Shown here: positions 28,633 through 40,101 of the stretch, piece after piece
How the letters are laid out: each line of letters starts with the position of its first letter
Numbering within the stretch: the stretch's first letter is position 1
NCBI GenBank assembly: GCA_009778965.1
Contig: WRFE01000003.1
Coordinates: forward strand, 2,585-66,584
Direction: 5' to 3'
DNA: 64,000 nt
Source: Candidatus Endomicrobium labiotermitis
GTDB lineage: Bacteria; Elusimicrobiota; Endomicrobiia; Endomicrobiales; Endomicrobiaceae
Position numbers and translations under genes: made by a program
The notes under the pieces: model-generated
Databases searched by the model: none
Told to the model about the DNA's origin: nothing
The model's input: the letters and a program-made list of their open reading frames with translations, nothing else

Positions 28633-29220
28633 TTAATTTGCATACCCTATAGGATGAACAATCATAACTTCATAACCTTTCGGCAACGGGAGCGTTCCTT
28701 TAAGCGTATCTCTGCCGTTTGCTTTGACTACGTTCGCAAAACCTGCGGAAGCGCAGTATAGTCCCGCGTTTTGATAAAGCGTGCCAACGTGCATTTGGGC
28801 AAACGCGTCGCCAGCATCCGCGGCATAAAGCAATGTAACGCCCGCAGGCGAAAATTTGCTTCTTTCATCCGAACTTAAAATTTGCTGCAATCTGTTGTTT
28901 TTTGCATCGTATAACCAAACGCCGTCTTGTAAAACAGCATAAACTTCAATTCTTTGGCTGTTTCTCGCGGTAGGCGCAGTGCGTCTGCCGTCAGCGCGGT
29001 TTATGCCCCAAGTTGCCCACAAAAGATTTGAAAGTTCTTGCGCGGGAAGAGGTTTTGCGCTTATATTTCTGTCTGTTTTTCTTAAATTAAGAGCTTCCAT
29101 TAATGGCTTTCCGCCGGTTTTGTCCGGTTCAGGCAAATTTTTAAAATTTTGGGCAAATGCAACTCCCGAAAAAATAAAAGCAAAGGACAAACAAATAAAA
29201 ATTTTTGATAATTTAGACAT
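28633..29220 (-). CDS. Exported nitroreductase-family (SagB-like) protein
   Basis: Signal peptide; ALNLRKTDR, LSNLLWATWG, RTAPTA; RBS aggag before 29220. Confidence 0.85.
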   Translation of the reverse strand: MSKLSKIFICLSFAFIFSGVAFAQNFKNLPEPDKTGGKPLMEALNLRKTDRNISAKPLPAQELSNLLWATWGINRADGRRTAPTARNSQRIEVYAVLQDGVWLYDAKNNRLQQILSSDERSKFSPAGVTLLYAADAGDAFAQMHVGTLYQNAGLYCASAGFANVVKANGRDTLKGTLPLPKGYEVMIVHPIGYAN

Positions 29221-29276
29221 TTTGATTCTCCTTTTCCTAATTTCTGCAACCTTTAATGTTTGCATTTTAGAAACAA

Positions 29277-30836
29277 CTACCTTACTTTAAAATATTTTTT
29301 TAACTTCTCTCTCATTTTGCGCTCTCGTGTTTTATAAAAATTGTCAAAATCTCTTAATAGCAACGATGTATTTTGCTTCAAAAAATGATCCTCTCTGTTT
29401 AATGCTTTTTTATGTTTATTCCAATAAGCTTCAAGAGAGCTTTTATTTTTTTCCTTGTTTTTTCTTGCATGCAACATCTCCAAATTAGGCAGACGGTCTT
29501 TTTTCGTTCTCCATTCTATAAAGCATTGTTCCGCTCTTATTTTTGTTATTCTTTCTTTCTGTAATTTTTCAATTAATCCGTCTTTGTTTTCAAAGATGCT
29601 ATGCGGATGCATATGATCCTGGTCAAAATCTTTTTCAGAATAATTATAATCATCATACAGTATCATTAATGCCAGCTTGCTATATTTACTTTTCTTAAAA
29701 TCTAGAATTTCAGATATATCATGAGCTGAAAGGACAAACAAGTCATTTTTTAAAATACTTCCTAAAGAATTTGACTTATTTTTATCTATAATATTTCTTA
29801 CTTTTAATAATGTTGTATCTGTAGATTTTCCATAAATTCTTTTTAAAAACGATCTAAATAAATATTCTTTAATTTCATCATCTGATCTTTTCTTGTTTTT
29901 ATAAAATATATATACAAGAGGAATAAGGGCACTATCAGATGTTATATTTTTATCGCTAAACCCAAGCTGATTGATTTTGCCTGCCATACGCAAAATAGCT
30001 TTTTCTATTCTGTTCCAATTTTTATATATTACATCTAATGATTTATCAATTTTATCAGTTATGCCTTGATTTGCTTTGAATTTAATAGTTTCGCCCGATA
30101 AAAACAAGCTTGTCTTCATTATAAATTCATAATCTATTGAAATTTCAAATTCTTTTTCAATTTTTCGCCTTAAATTTTCTAATTTTTTCCTTCCATCCTT
30201 TCCCCATTCTGGTTTAGCCGTCAATCTTGAGAGTAAGACTTGGCTGTTTGATAACGAGGTTCCTCCCTTGTTAACTCTCTCAAAAATATCTGTTATTTCG
30301 CCAATATCACCATTAACTTCATGACTGATAAAGAGTGCTTTTTGAAACTTATTTTTGAATTCTCGAAATTTTGGATCAAGTTGTTTGTTTCCGATAAGAA
30401 TATCGCCCACTTTAAAAAAACCTTTGCCTGCTTGATGCTCATCTAAAAACTTGAATGGATTTTCATTGCGTTTACATTCTGTATTAAAGTAAAGTTTTCT
30501 TTCATTGTAAGAACCATATAGCCCGATAGATATAGCGCTTAATCTTTGTTGTCCGTCTAAAACACCTATTTTGTCTTGAATATTTAAATCTGTCGCTTTT
30601 ATTGTTTCTTTGGAATTATAATATTTCAGAAGCTGCCAATATCCTACTTTTTCCAATTCGCTTGCTTTACTTGGTTTCCAAATCCAGAACATTCCTATAA
30701 AATATCCTTTATTGATTGAATCAAACAATTTTTCAACCTGTTTTTCCCTCCAAACAAAATTACGTTGGATATTGGGCATTACAATTTTATTTTTATTTTT
30801 TTCAAACCAATTGGCAAGATAAATTTTCTTACTCAT
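29277..30836 (-). CDS. DUF262 protein with C-terminal HNH-like (DUF1524-type) region, GmrSD-like, 519 aa
   Basis: PNIQRNFVW, LDGQQRL, FERVNKGG..LS; DQDHMHP...NLEML...KN. Confidence 0.82.
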   Translation of the reverse strand: MSKKIYLANWFEKNKNKIVMPNIQRNFVWREKQVEKLFDSINKGYFIGMFWIWKPSKASELEKVGYWQLLKYYNSKETIKATDLNIQDKIGVLDGQQRLSAISIGLYGSYNERKLYFNTECKRNENPFKFLDEHQAGKGFFKVGDILIGNKQLDPKFREFKNKFQKALFISHEVNGDIGEITDIFERVNKGGTSLSNSQVLLSRLTAKPEWGKDGRKKLENLRRKIEKEFEISIDYEFIMKTSLFLSGETIKFKANQGITDKIDKSLDVIYKNWNRIEKAILRMAGKINQLGFSDKNITSDSALIPLVYIFYKNKKRSDDEIKEYLFRSFLKRIYGKSTDTTLLKVRNIIDKNKSNSLGSILKNDLFVLSAHDISEILDFKKSKYSKLALMILYDDYNYSEKDFDQDHMHPHSIFENKDGLIEKLQKERITKIRAEQCFIEWRTKKDRLPNLEMLHARKNKEKNKSSLEAYWNKHKKALNREDHFLKQNTSLLLRDFDNFYKTRERKMREKLKKYFKVR

Positions 30837-30887
30837 TATTCTCTCAGGGTTCCCTTTTTTTCGTGATAATTATTTGTAACTGCCTTT

Positions 30888-30999
30888 AAGGCTTAAAATT
30901 TTGTGGCAAGGCGAAGAAAAATGTAAACGAAGTTTACGAAAAGCCGAGCGGTAAATGAGTTTACATTTTTCAAAGTCGCAGCCCAAAATTTTAAGCCGC
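30888..30999. mobile_element. ~112-bp MITE-like element with terminal inverted repeats; inverted copy at 51785-51897
   Basis: Reverse complement aligns end-to-end with 51785-51897 at about 90%; ends ggcttaaaattttg...caaaattttaagcc. Confidence 0.75.
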
Positions 31000-31006
31000 C
31001 ACAACA

Positions 31007-33526
<2,520 letters not shown>

Positions 33527-33564
33527 TTAAAACTCCTTCAAGCAAAGCTTGTTTTTATATAAGA

Positions 33565-33879
33565 TTATTTAATAGTAACTTTTATGTTTTTTATTTTTGC
33601 GTTGCCTACATATTGGTTAAGTTTGTTAATTATTTCTTTTTTACGGATTAAAATTTCGTTTATTACCGCGTTATATTTTGTTTGGGCAAAAATTGTTCCG
33701 TCTTTGTAGCCGCATACTTCCACACCGTCTATGCCAAGTTCTTTGTCCCACACTTTCATTATTGTAAAAAAATCTTCATCCAGCCCCAGCATTTTTTTTA
33801 TGGGTTCTAAAATGTCTGCTACGGGCAAAAGTTCGGATTTTCTTTTTTTATAGGATTTTTTTTCTTCAAAATAAGCCAT
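33565..33879 (-). CDS. dciA: DciA/DUF721-family protein
   Basis: About 100 aa between dnaN and gyrB; C-terminal pattern W...G..L......EI..KLN..VG...IK.I. Confidence 0.7.
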   Translation of the reverse strand: MAYFEEKKSYKKRKSELLPVADILEPIKKMLGLDEDFFTIMKVWDKELGIDGVEVCGYKDGTIFAQTKYNAVINEILIRKKEIINKLNQYVGNAKIKNIKVTIK

Positions 33880-33916
33880 ATGTTTTTAAAATGGAAAGTT
33901 AGGATGATAATCAATA

Positions 33917-34016
33917 ACCCTGGATTGCCGCGTCAGGATTTCGTCCTTCCTCGCAATGACGGCAACAACCTTTGCCGTTAACTTCACTCTCCACACTCCA
34001 CTCTTCAAACTGCCGT
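33917..34016. repeat. REP (33917-33962) plus pyrimidine heptamer-like tract
   Basis: accctggattgccgcgtcagg...ctcgcaatgacgg is 42/46 identical to 38882-38927 inside mnmE. Confidence 0.88.
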
Positions 34017-35138
34017 TTAAACTCTCATCGGCATTACTACGCAAAGGTAGTTTTTATCTTTTTCGGGGGAAAGGGTCGCGGGGTTTAACGCGTTGGTAAA
34101 CGCAAATACCGCAGACTCTTCGTCAACATTTTGCAGAACTTCTTTTATAAAATTAGGGTTAAAATTTATTTCCGTTGGTTCGCCTTTATAATCTACTTCC
34201 ACTTCCACTTCTCCAGAACCAAGTCCTGCCGTTGATGCGGAAATTCTTAATACGTTAGCGCTAAAATAAAATTTTACAGCTGAAGATCTGTCCGAAGAAA
34301 GTTTGTCGCCGGTTAAAAGCGCCATTTGTTTTACGGCTGTTAAAGTATCTTTTACGCTAAGTTTTACCTGCGATTCAGTCTTTTTAGGTATTACCTGCTC
34401 ATAGTTGGGGAAAACGCCTTCTATAAGCGTTGATAAGAACGTTATATCTTTAAATTCTATAGCGCACTGATTGTCCGCTATTCCTACTTTTATATCTTCT
34501 GCCGTATCAGCTGCAGAAATAAGCCTTAACATGTCTGCAATGGCTTTTGTTGGCACAATAGCTTTGCCTTTTATTTTTTTATCAAGCGACTCCGATGTAA
34601 CGTAGGCAAGCCTTCTGCCGTCTGTAGCAACCATTCTTAAAATGCCTTCTTCGGCTATAAAATAAACGCCGTTTAAAACATATCTTTGTGTATCTTTGGA
34701 AACAGCAAAAACCGTCTTTTTAAGCATTGATGAGAAAACGTCGGATTTTATAGTAAAATTATTTTCTTTAGGAAATTCCGGAATAACGGGATATTCTGTT
34801 TTAGATATTCCCATTAAAGTAAATTTTGATTTTCCTGATTTTATGTTTATTTGGTTTGTTTCGTCTGCTCTTATTTCTATTTCCGCGTCATTGGAAAGTT
34901 CTTTTATTATATCGGCAAATCTTTTAGCGGGTATTGTTATTCCGCCTTCTTCTATGATTTCGCCTTTAATTTGGCATTTTACCGCTATTTCTAAGTCGGT
35001 AGATGAAAGTTTTATTATATTTTTTTCGGTTTCAAATAAAAAGTTTGACAATACAGGAAGCGTGCTTTTTGAAGACGCTACGGGTGAAACTGTTTGAATC
35101 CCTCTCATTAATTCTTCTTTTCCACAAATTACTTTCAT
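34017..35138 (-). CDS. dnaN: DNA polymerase III beta clamp
   Basis: STLPVLSN, STDLE, VATDGRRL, IEGVFPNY, VVMPMRV. Confidence 0.98.
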   Translation of the reverse strand: MKVICGKEELMRGIQTVSPVASSKSTLPVLSNFLFETEKNIIKLSSTDLEIAVKCQIKGEIIEEGGITIPAKRFADIIKELSNDAEIEIRADETNQINIKSGKSKFTLMGISKTEYPVIPEFPKENNFTIKSDVFSSMLKKTVFAVSKDTQRYVLNGVYFIAEEGILRMVATDGRRLAYVTSESLDKKIKGKAIVPTKAIADMLRLISAADTAEDIKVGIADNQCAIEFKDITFLSTLIEGVFPNYEQVIPKKTESQVKLSVKDTLTAVKQMALLTGDKLSSDRSSAVKFYFSANVLRISASTAGLGSGEVEVEVDYKGEPTEINFNPNFIKEVLQNVDEESAVFAFTNALNPATLSPEKDKNYLCVVMPMRV

Positions 35139-35502
35139 TTCTTTATTCTCCTTTTTTAAAAAAAAGATTGTTATTATAATAGGCGGCTGTATATTGTTAA
35201 TAAGTGTTTAGTAATGTAAATAATCTATAATTATAAATATAAATTTAAAAAAAGTTGAGTTTAATAATTACGTTGGTAAAACCGTAAAGTTATAAACATT
35301 ATCAGCGTATAGAAATATTATACAAATTTTAGAGCAATTATGCACGTAAACATACAATTATTAATTGATAAATAATGAATGAAAATATTGCTTAATATAT
35401 TGCTTTGTAATATTGAACGGAACAATGTAATTGCGAAGTCGAAATATTTGCCTTTTAACGGCAGACACTTCGGCTTCGCTCAGTGTGACAATATAATAGT
35501 TG
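35139..35502. other. Predicted oriC unwinding region between dnaA and dnaN
   Basis: AT-rich; relaxed DnaA boxes at 35195-35203, 35215-35223, 35290-35298 and 35318-35326; minus strand reads box-ATATACAG-CCGCC-TAT TAT AAT AAC AAT (DnaA-trio-like, 35181-35167). Confidence 0.72.
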
Positions 35503-36861
35503 TTAATTGTCGCTGGATTCTCTTATTTTTTTGATAAGCTGGTTGATTTTTGTATTAAAATACGGGTCGGAGTTTACTTTTTCCGATATTTTTTTACAAG
35601 CGTGCATGACTGTGGTATGATCTCTTCCGCCGAAAGCTTCGCCAATATCGTTTGTAGAAAATTCATCAGAAAGAGTGCGCGCGAGGTACATTGCTATTTG
35701 TCTCGGGAACGCTATCGCGTCTGTTCTGCGCTTGGAACGCATATCTCTTAAGTCCATATTAAAATCCTGCGCTATAACTTTTTGTATTTGTTCTATTGTT
35801 ATGCGGACATCAGTTTGTTTTATTATGTCTTTCAATATTTTTTGGACAGAGTCCACAGTTAAAGGAGTGCCTGTAAAAGCCGCAAACGCGGTAATTCTTA
35901 ACAAAGAGCCTTCCAATTCCCTGATATTAGATTTTATATGCGTGGCGATATATAAAAGAACATCGTCCGGAACATAAAATTTTTCATCTTCCGCTTTTTT
36001 GCGAAGAATCGCTATTCTTGTTTCCAAATCCGGCGCCTGAATGTCCGCTGCAACGCCCCACTCAAAGCGCGAAATAAGCCTTTCTTCTATGTTTTCAAGC
36101 TCTTTGGGAGGACGATCCGAAGACACTACAATTTGTTTGCCTGAAGTATGAAGCGTGTTGAACATATTGTGAAATTCTTCCTGAGATTTTCCTTTGCCGC
36201 CCAAAAACTGTATATCGTCTATTAAAAGACAATCGAGGCTTCTGTATTTCTTGTGAAACTCAGGCATTTTGTCAAAACGCAAAAAATCTATAAATTCGGA
36301 AGTAAATTTTTCGGTTGTCGTGTATAAAACCCTCAAGTTAGGGTTGGACTGTTTTATATAATTGCCTATTGCGTGAAGCAAATGCGTTTTTCCGAGCCCT
36401 ACACCGCCATAAATAAAAAGCGGATTAAACTGTTTCCCAGGATTTTTTGCTACTGATTCCGCGCATGCGTGGGCAAATCTGTTTGAAGAACCTACGACAA
36501 AACGATCAAAAACGTATTTAGGGTTTATTTGGTCTTTTTGGACGCTTTGTACCTGCGGGACGTCTGCAGGCGCGGGCGTGTTTTCACCCTGCGCTATAAT
36601 GGGCTTTAAATCCTGCTGCGGTTTAAATTCAAGACTTGTCTGCTGCGCTAAAACGTCGGTTAAAAACTGTTCTATATTTTTTTTGTGATGGGTTTCTATC
36701 CATTGAGAAAAGTAAACATTTGGCACAGCTACCGTAAAAATATTGTTTTCTAAATTTAGCGGTTTTAGCGGCGCAATCCATAAATTATAGGTTTCCTGCG
36801 AAACGGATAAATTGATGTTATCCACAACTTTTTGCCATAGTTCTACAATCGAAACGCTCAT
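35503..36861 (-). CDS. dnaA: Chromosomal replication initiator DnaA
   Basis: NPLFIYGGVGLGKTHL, LLIDDIQF, RELEG, GGRDHTTVMHA. Confidence 0.99.
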   Translation of the reverse strand: MSVSIVELWQKVVDNINLSVSQETYNLWIAPLKPLNLENNIFTVAVPNVYFSQWIETHHKKNIEQFLTDVLAQQTSLEFKPQQDLKPIIAQGENTPAPADVPQVQSVQKDQINPKYVFDRFVVGSSNRFAHACAESVAKNPGKQFNPLFIYGGVGLGKTHLLHAIGNYIKQSNPNLRVLYTTTEKFTSEFIDFLRFDKMPEFHKKYRSLDCLLIDDIQFLGGKGKSQEEFHNMFNTLHTSGKQIVVSSDRPPKELENIEERLISRFEWGVAADIQAPDLETRIAILRKKAEDEKFYVPDDVLLYIATHIKSNIRELEGSLLRITAFAAFTGTPLTVDSVQKILKDIIKQTDVRITIEQIQKVIAQDFNMDLRDMRSKRRTDAIAFPRQIAMYLARTLSDEFSTNDIGEAFGGRDHTTVMHACKKISEKVNSDPYFNTKINQLIKKIRESSDN

Positions 36862-36976
36862 ACAATCCTCAAGTTATCCACAAGTGTGAATATAGTTATC
36901 AACAACATCAAAACTCATTGAAAAATGAAAGATTTTTGACAAATAAAATTGTATAAAATTTGTGATATTTTGTCAA
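36818..36976 (-). promoter_or_regulatory. dnaA promoter (TTGACA-17-TACAAT) and DnaA boxes
   Basis: Perfect TTATCCACA at 36818-36826 and 36874-36882; TTATCAACA at 36896-36904; -35 at 36971-36976 and -10 at 36948-36953. Confidence 0.88.
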
Positions 36977-37018
36977 GTATTCTTTTTATTTTGTTTGCTT
37001 TGGCACAGAATTTTGTTT

Positions 37019-37083
37019 GCAGTTATTTTTGCCAGTCTGTCATTCCGGACTTGATCCGGAATCCATGGTTTAATGAGAGATTG
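37019..37083. repeat. Paired REP (REPIN-like) element
   Basis: gtcattccggacttgatccggaatcc...gattgcggatcggtgtccgcaatgac; related copy at about 47101-47158. Confidence 0.85.
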
Positions 37084-37124
37084 CGGATCGGTGTCCGCAA
37101 TGACAACACAGAAATGCAGAGTTT

Positions 37125-38015
37125 TTAGATATACAATTTTTCAGTTAGATTTACAAAGTCTGATAAAGAAAGTTTTTCGGGGCGCAGCATGGGGTCTAAA
37201 CTGCAGGATTTTAGAATTTCAGCGGCTTTGATTTTGTCGATATTTGCAAAAGAGCTCAAAGAGTTCAGAATGGTTTTTCTGCGCTGGCTGAAAGCGTGTT
37301 TTATAAAAGGGAAAAGCAGTTTATTCGGTTCAGGCGAATTTTTGTTTGTAAGTTTTATTACTGATGAAATTACTTTCGGCGGCGGATTAAAACATTTGGG
37401 CGAAACGTCAAAAAGGATTTCGCGGTTAGCGTAATATTGTGTAAAAAGCGAAATGTAGCCGTATTCGTCATCATCCGGATTAGCCGCAAGCCTTTCAATA
37501 ACTTCTTTTTGAAGCATAAGGACACATTGTGTCCAGCTTGGCATAGGCAGAATCTTTTGAATAATTGCGGTGCCTACATTGTAAGGGAGATTGGAAATAA
37601 CCTTGAAAGGCAAAGTGAAGAGTGAAGACTGAAGAGTTGAGTTCACTGCCATTTTCTGCGTCGTCATTGCGGCCTCTGAGCCGCAATCTTGTTGTAAATC
37701 GGAGATCGCGGGTCGTTGCCCGCAATGACAAATAGGTTTTTTGTCATCAATGTTTAGCTTTAAAAAATCAGCAGTTATTATTTCAATGTTATTAATGTTG
37801 TGGAATGAATAATAATAATTTAATTTCTGCGATAAAGCCGGATCTATTTCCACAGCGGTTAAATGTTTAACTTTTGGCTGTATAAGTTTTGTCAAAACGC
37901 CTTTTCCCGGACCGATTTCGAGGACATTGTCCTCATTAGTTAGTTCGGCGGCTTTGATTATGTTGTTTGCTATATTGTTGTCTATTAAGAAGTTCTGTCC
38001 GTGTTTTTGTCTCAT
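37125..38015 (-). CDS. rsmA: 16S rRNA m6,2A dimethyltransferase RsmA/KsgA with an in-frame repeat-derived insertion
   Basis: HGQNFL, LEIGPGKG, AVEID and NLPYN motifs; 51 aa between DFLK and KVISNLPY. Confidence 0.96.
   Translation of the reverse strand: MRQKHGQNFLIDNNIANNIIKAAELTNEDNVLEIGPGKGVLTKLIQPKVKHLTAVEIDPALSQKLNYYYSFHNINNIEIITADFLKLNIDDKKPICHCGQRPAISDLQQDCGSEAAMTTQKMAVNSTLQSSLFTLPFKVISNLPYNVGTAIIQKILPMPSWTQCVLMLQKEVIERLAANPDDDEYGYISLFTQYYANREILFDVSPKCFNPPPKVISSVIKLTNKNSPEPNKLLFPFIKHAFSQRRKTILNSLSSFANIDKIKAAEILKSCSLDPMLRPEKLSLSDFVNLTEKLYI
37663..37729. repeat. Paired REP element inside the rsmA coding sequence
   Basis: Terminal inverted repeats GTCATTGCGG...CCGCAATGAC enclosing two hairpins. 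Confidence 0.9.
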
Positions 38016-38046
38016 AAAGAAAAGACCCTTTTATAATATTGGGAGT

Positions 38047-38496
38047 TTAACGAACAGTTTGGTTAATATAAGTATTTCTTTTTTCTATATGCGTTGTTAC
38101 GGGAACAGGTATGGCATTTGTATATTTTATTGCAATAGCGGTTGCCGTATACTTGATTTCTTTTATCGGATCGAATTTATTTTTAGTAGGCAAGACTTCT
38201 TCATCTATTCTTAAATTCATAATATCATCCGCACCAAGATTTTGAGCTTCTTTCATTAGCATCTCGTAAGTTATGCGAGACCCTTTTACGACTTCTCTTC
38301 CACGGATGTCTACTTTTTCTATTGCTGTTGATTTTAGAAAAATAATACCTTTTACTTCAAAATCTTTTACAACTGCATTATTGACGTCTGAAACAGAGCC
38401 ATAACTCTGTTGTTTGGATGTTGTTGTTGCGCATCCGTTAAAGAATAATATTGTTGTTGCTAAAAATACAAAACAAATATATTTATAAGCTTTCAT
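38047..38496 (-). CDS. Small lipoprotein of unknown function, 149 aa
   Basis: Lipobox-like FNGC after a hydrophobic stretch; RBS ggagg. Confidence 0.8.
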   Translation of the reverse strand: MKAYKYICFVFLATTILFFNGCATTTSKQQSYGSVSDVNNAVVKDFEVKGIIFLKSTAIEKVDIRGREVVKGSRITYEMLMKEAQNLGADDIMNLRIDEEVLPTKNKFDPIKEIKYTATAIAIKYTNAIPVPVTTHIEKRNTYINQTVR

Positions 38497-38574
38497 ACAT
38501 CCTCCATTTTTAGTTTTTGTGAATAAATTTTATCAAATTTAACACTAGCAGACAATAAAAATAATGTTTGAGTT

Positions 38575-39957
38575 TCATTTTCCTATGCAAAAATTTGAGA
38601 AGATTGTATCCAAAATATCATGAGAGGTGGTTATTCCTAAAATATCTTCGTAGGCTGCTAAAGCGGTGCGAAGTTCAAACGCTGCGATTTCATCTGCGTC
38701 TTGCAGCATATATTGCTCTTTTGTTTTTTCCAAAGCGCATTGTGCTTTTTTTAGCAGGTCAAAATGACGGGATGTTATCATTAAATAATCGTTAGTTTCG
38801 GTTATTCCTGCTATTTTGGCAATAGCATCTAATAGTTCTGGGATTCCGGAGCCGGTTTTTGAAGATACGGCTAATGAAGCGACCCTGGATTGCCGCGTCA
38901 CGACTTTGTCGTTCCTCGCAATGACGGACGGTAAGTCAGATTTATTGACTACTTCTATTATAGGTGTATTTAAGTTTGATTTTGTTATAAAGTCCGCGAT
39001 TTCCTGATCGTTTTTATCTAAGGGCTGCGAGCCGTCTATTACCCATATTATTAAATCCGCTTTTTGCACGGCGTCTTTTGAGCGCTCCTGCCCTAAAACT
39101 TCAATAGAATTTTCTGTATGCGTTCTTATTCCCGCGGTATCTATTATTGTTAAAGGAATGCCGCGGCAGTCTATTATTTCTTCTATGGTATCGGTTGTAG
39201 TTCCCTCTATTTCAGTTACAATCGCGCGGTTTTTGCCTAAAATCGCGTTTAAAAGTGAAGATTTTCCTGCGTTTGGCTTTCCTATAATTGCGGCTTTCAA
39301 GCCTTTTTGCAGACTTTCGCTTACTTTATAGTTCTCTATAAGTTTTTGGTTTTGCTCTATTAAATTGCCAAGCCGCTCAGTCTTTTCTTCTCGCGATAAA
39401 AACATTATATTTTCTTCCGGATGGTCTAGCGACACTTCCATATAAGCAAGCAAATTAATAAGAGTATTTTTGATGCCTTTAATTTTGTTTGAAAATTCGC
39501 CGCTTACATTATTTAACGCTGCTTTCGCGGCAGCCGCCGTTTTGCTTGAAATTAAAGCGCAGACAGCTTCTGCCTGGGCCAGATCTTTTTTCCCGTTTAT
39601 AAAAGCTCTGTATGTAAACTCTCCGGGCTCGGCCGGACGCGCGCCGTTTTTGTATAAAAGGTCTAAAATCTCTTTTACAATAACAGGATTTCCGTGCGTT
39701 GAAATTTCAATCAAATCTTCACCGGTATATGTATCAGGGGCTTTAAAAAAGGCACATAGTACCTCGTCTATTTTGTTGTTTCCGTCAACTATATAACCGT
39801 ATTTTATTTGTTTATCTTGAGATTTCGTTTCGAAAATCTTTTCTATAATATCAGGCGACTGCCTGCCGGAAAGACGTATAACCGCGATCGCGGATTTTCC
39901 CGCGGCGGTCGATAAAGCGGCAATAGTATCTTCTGTTTCGTAATTCATAATGTTCAT
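38575..39957 (-). CDS. mnmE: tRNA modification GTPase MnmE/TrmE (start 39948 or 39957)
   Basis: DTIAALST, YTGED, GKPNAGKSS, GTTTD, DTAG, NKSD and FSNFCIGK motifs. Confidence 0.98.
   Translation of the reverse strand: MNIMNYETEDTIAALSTAAGKSAIAVIRLSGRQSPDIIEKIFETKSQDKQIKYGYIVDGNNKIDEVLCAFFKAPDTYTGEDLIEISTHGNPVIVKEILDLLYKNGARPAEPGEFTYRAFINGKKDLAQAEAVCALISSKTAAAAKAALNNVSGEFSNKIKGIKNTLINLLAYMEVSLDHPEENIMFLSREEKTERLGNLIEQNQKLIENYKVSESLQKGLKAAIIGKPNAGKSSLLNAILGKNRAIVTEIEGTTTDTIEEIIDCRGIPLTIIDTAGIRTHTENSIEVLGQERSKDAVQKADLIIWVIDGSQPLDKNDQEIADFITKSNLNTPIIEVVNKSDLPSVIARNDKVVTRQSRVASLAVSSKTGSGIPELLDAIAKIAGITETNDYLMITSRHFDLLKKAQCALEKTKEQYMLQDADEIAAFELRTALAAYEDILGITTSHDILDTIFSNFCIGK
38882..38927. repeat. 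REP copy in-frame inside mnmE (G4-G5 loop)
   Basis: 42/46 identical to the intergenic copy at 33917-33962; encodes SVIARNDKVVTRQSRV. Confidence 0.92.
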
Positions 39958-40101
39958 TATTATATCATAATATGTATGCAATAAAATTGTTGAACCTTGC
40001 GTTTAGTTATTGAAAGTTGATTTTAATTGAAATAAATAATAGAATTGAAACACTTTCAGCAATGCTTTATTTGCTATATTCAAAACACAGGGGGAAGAAG
40101 T

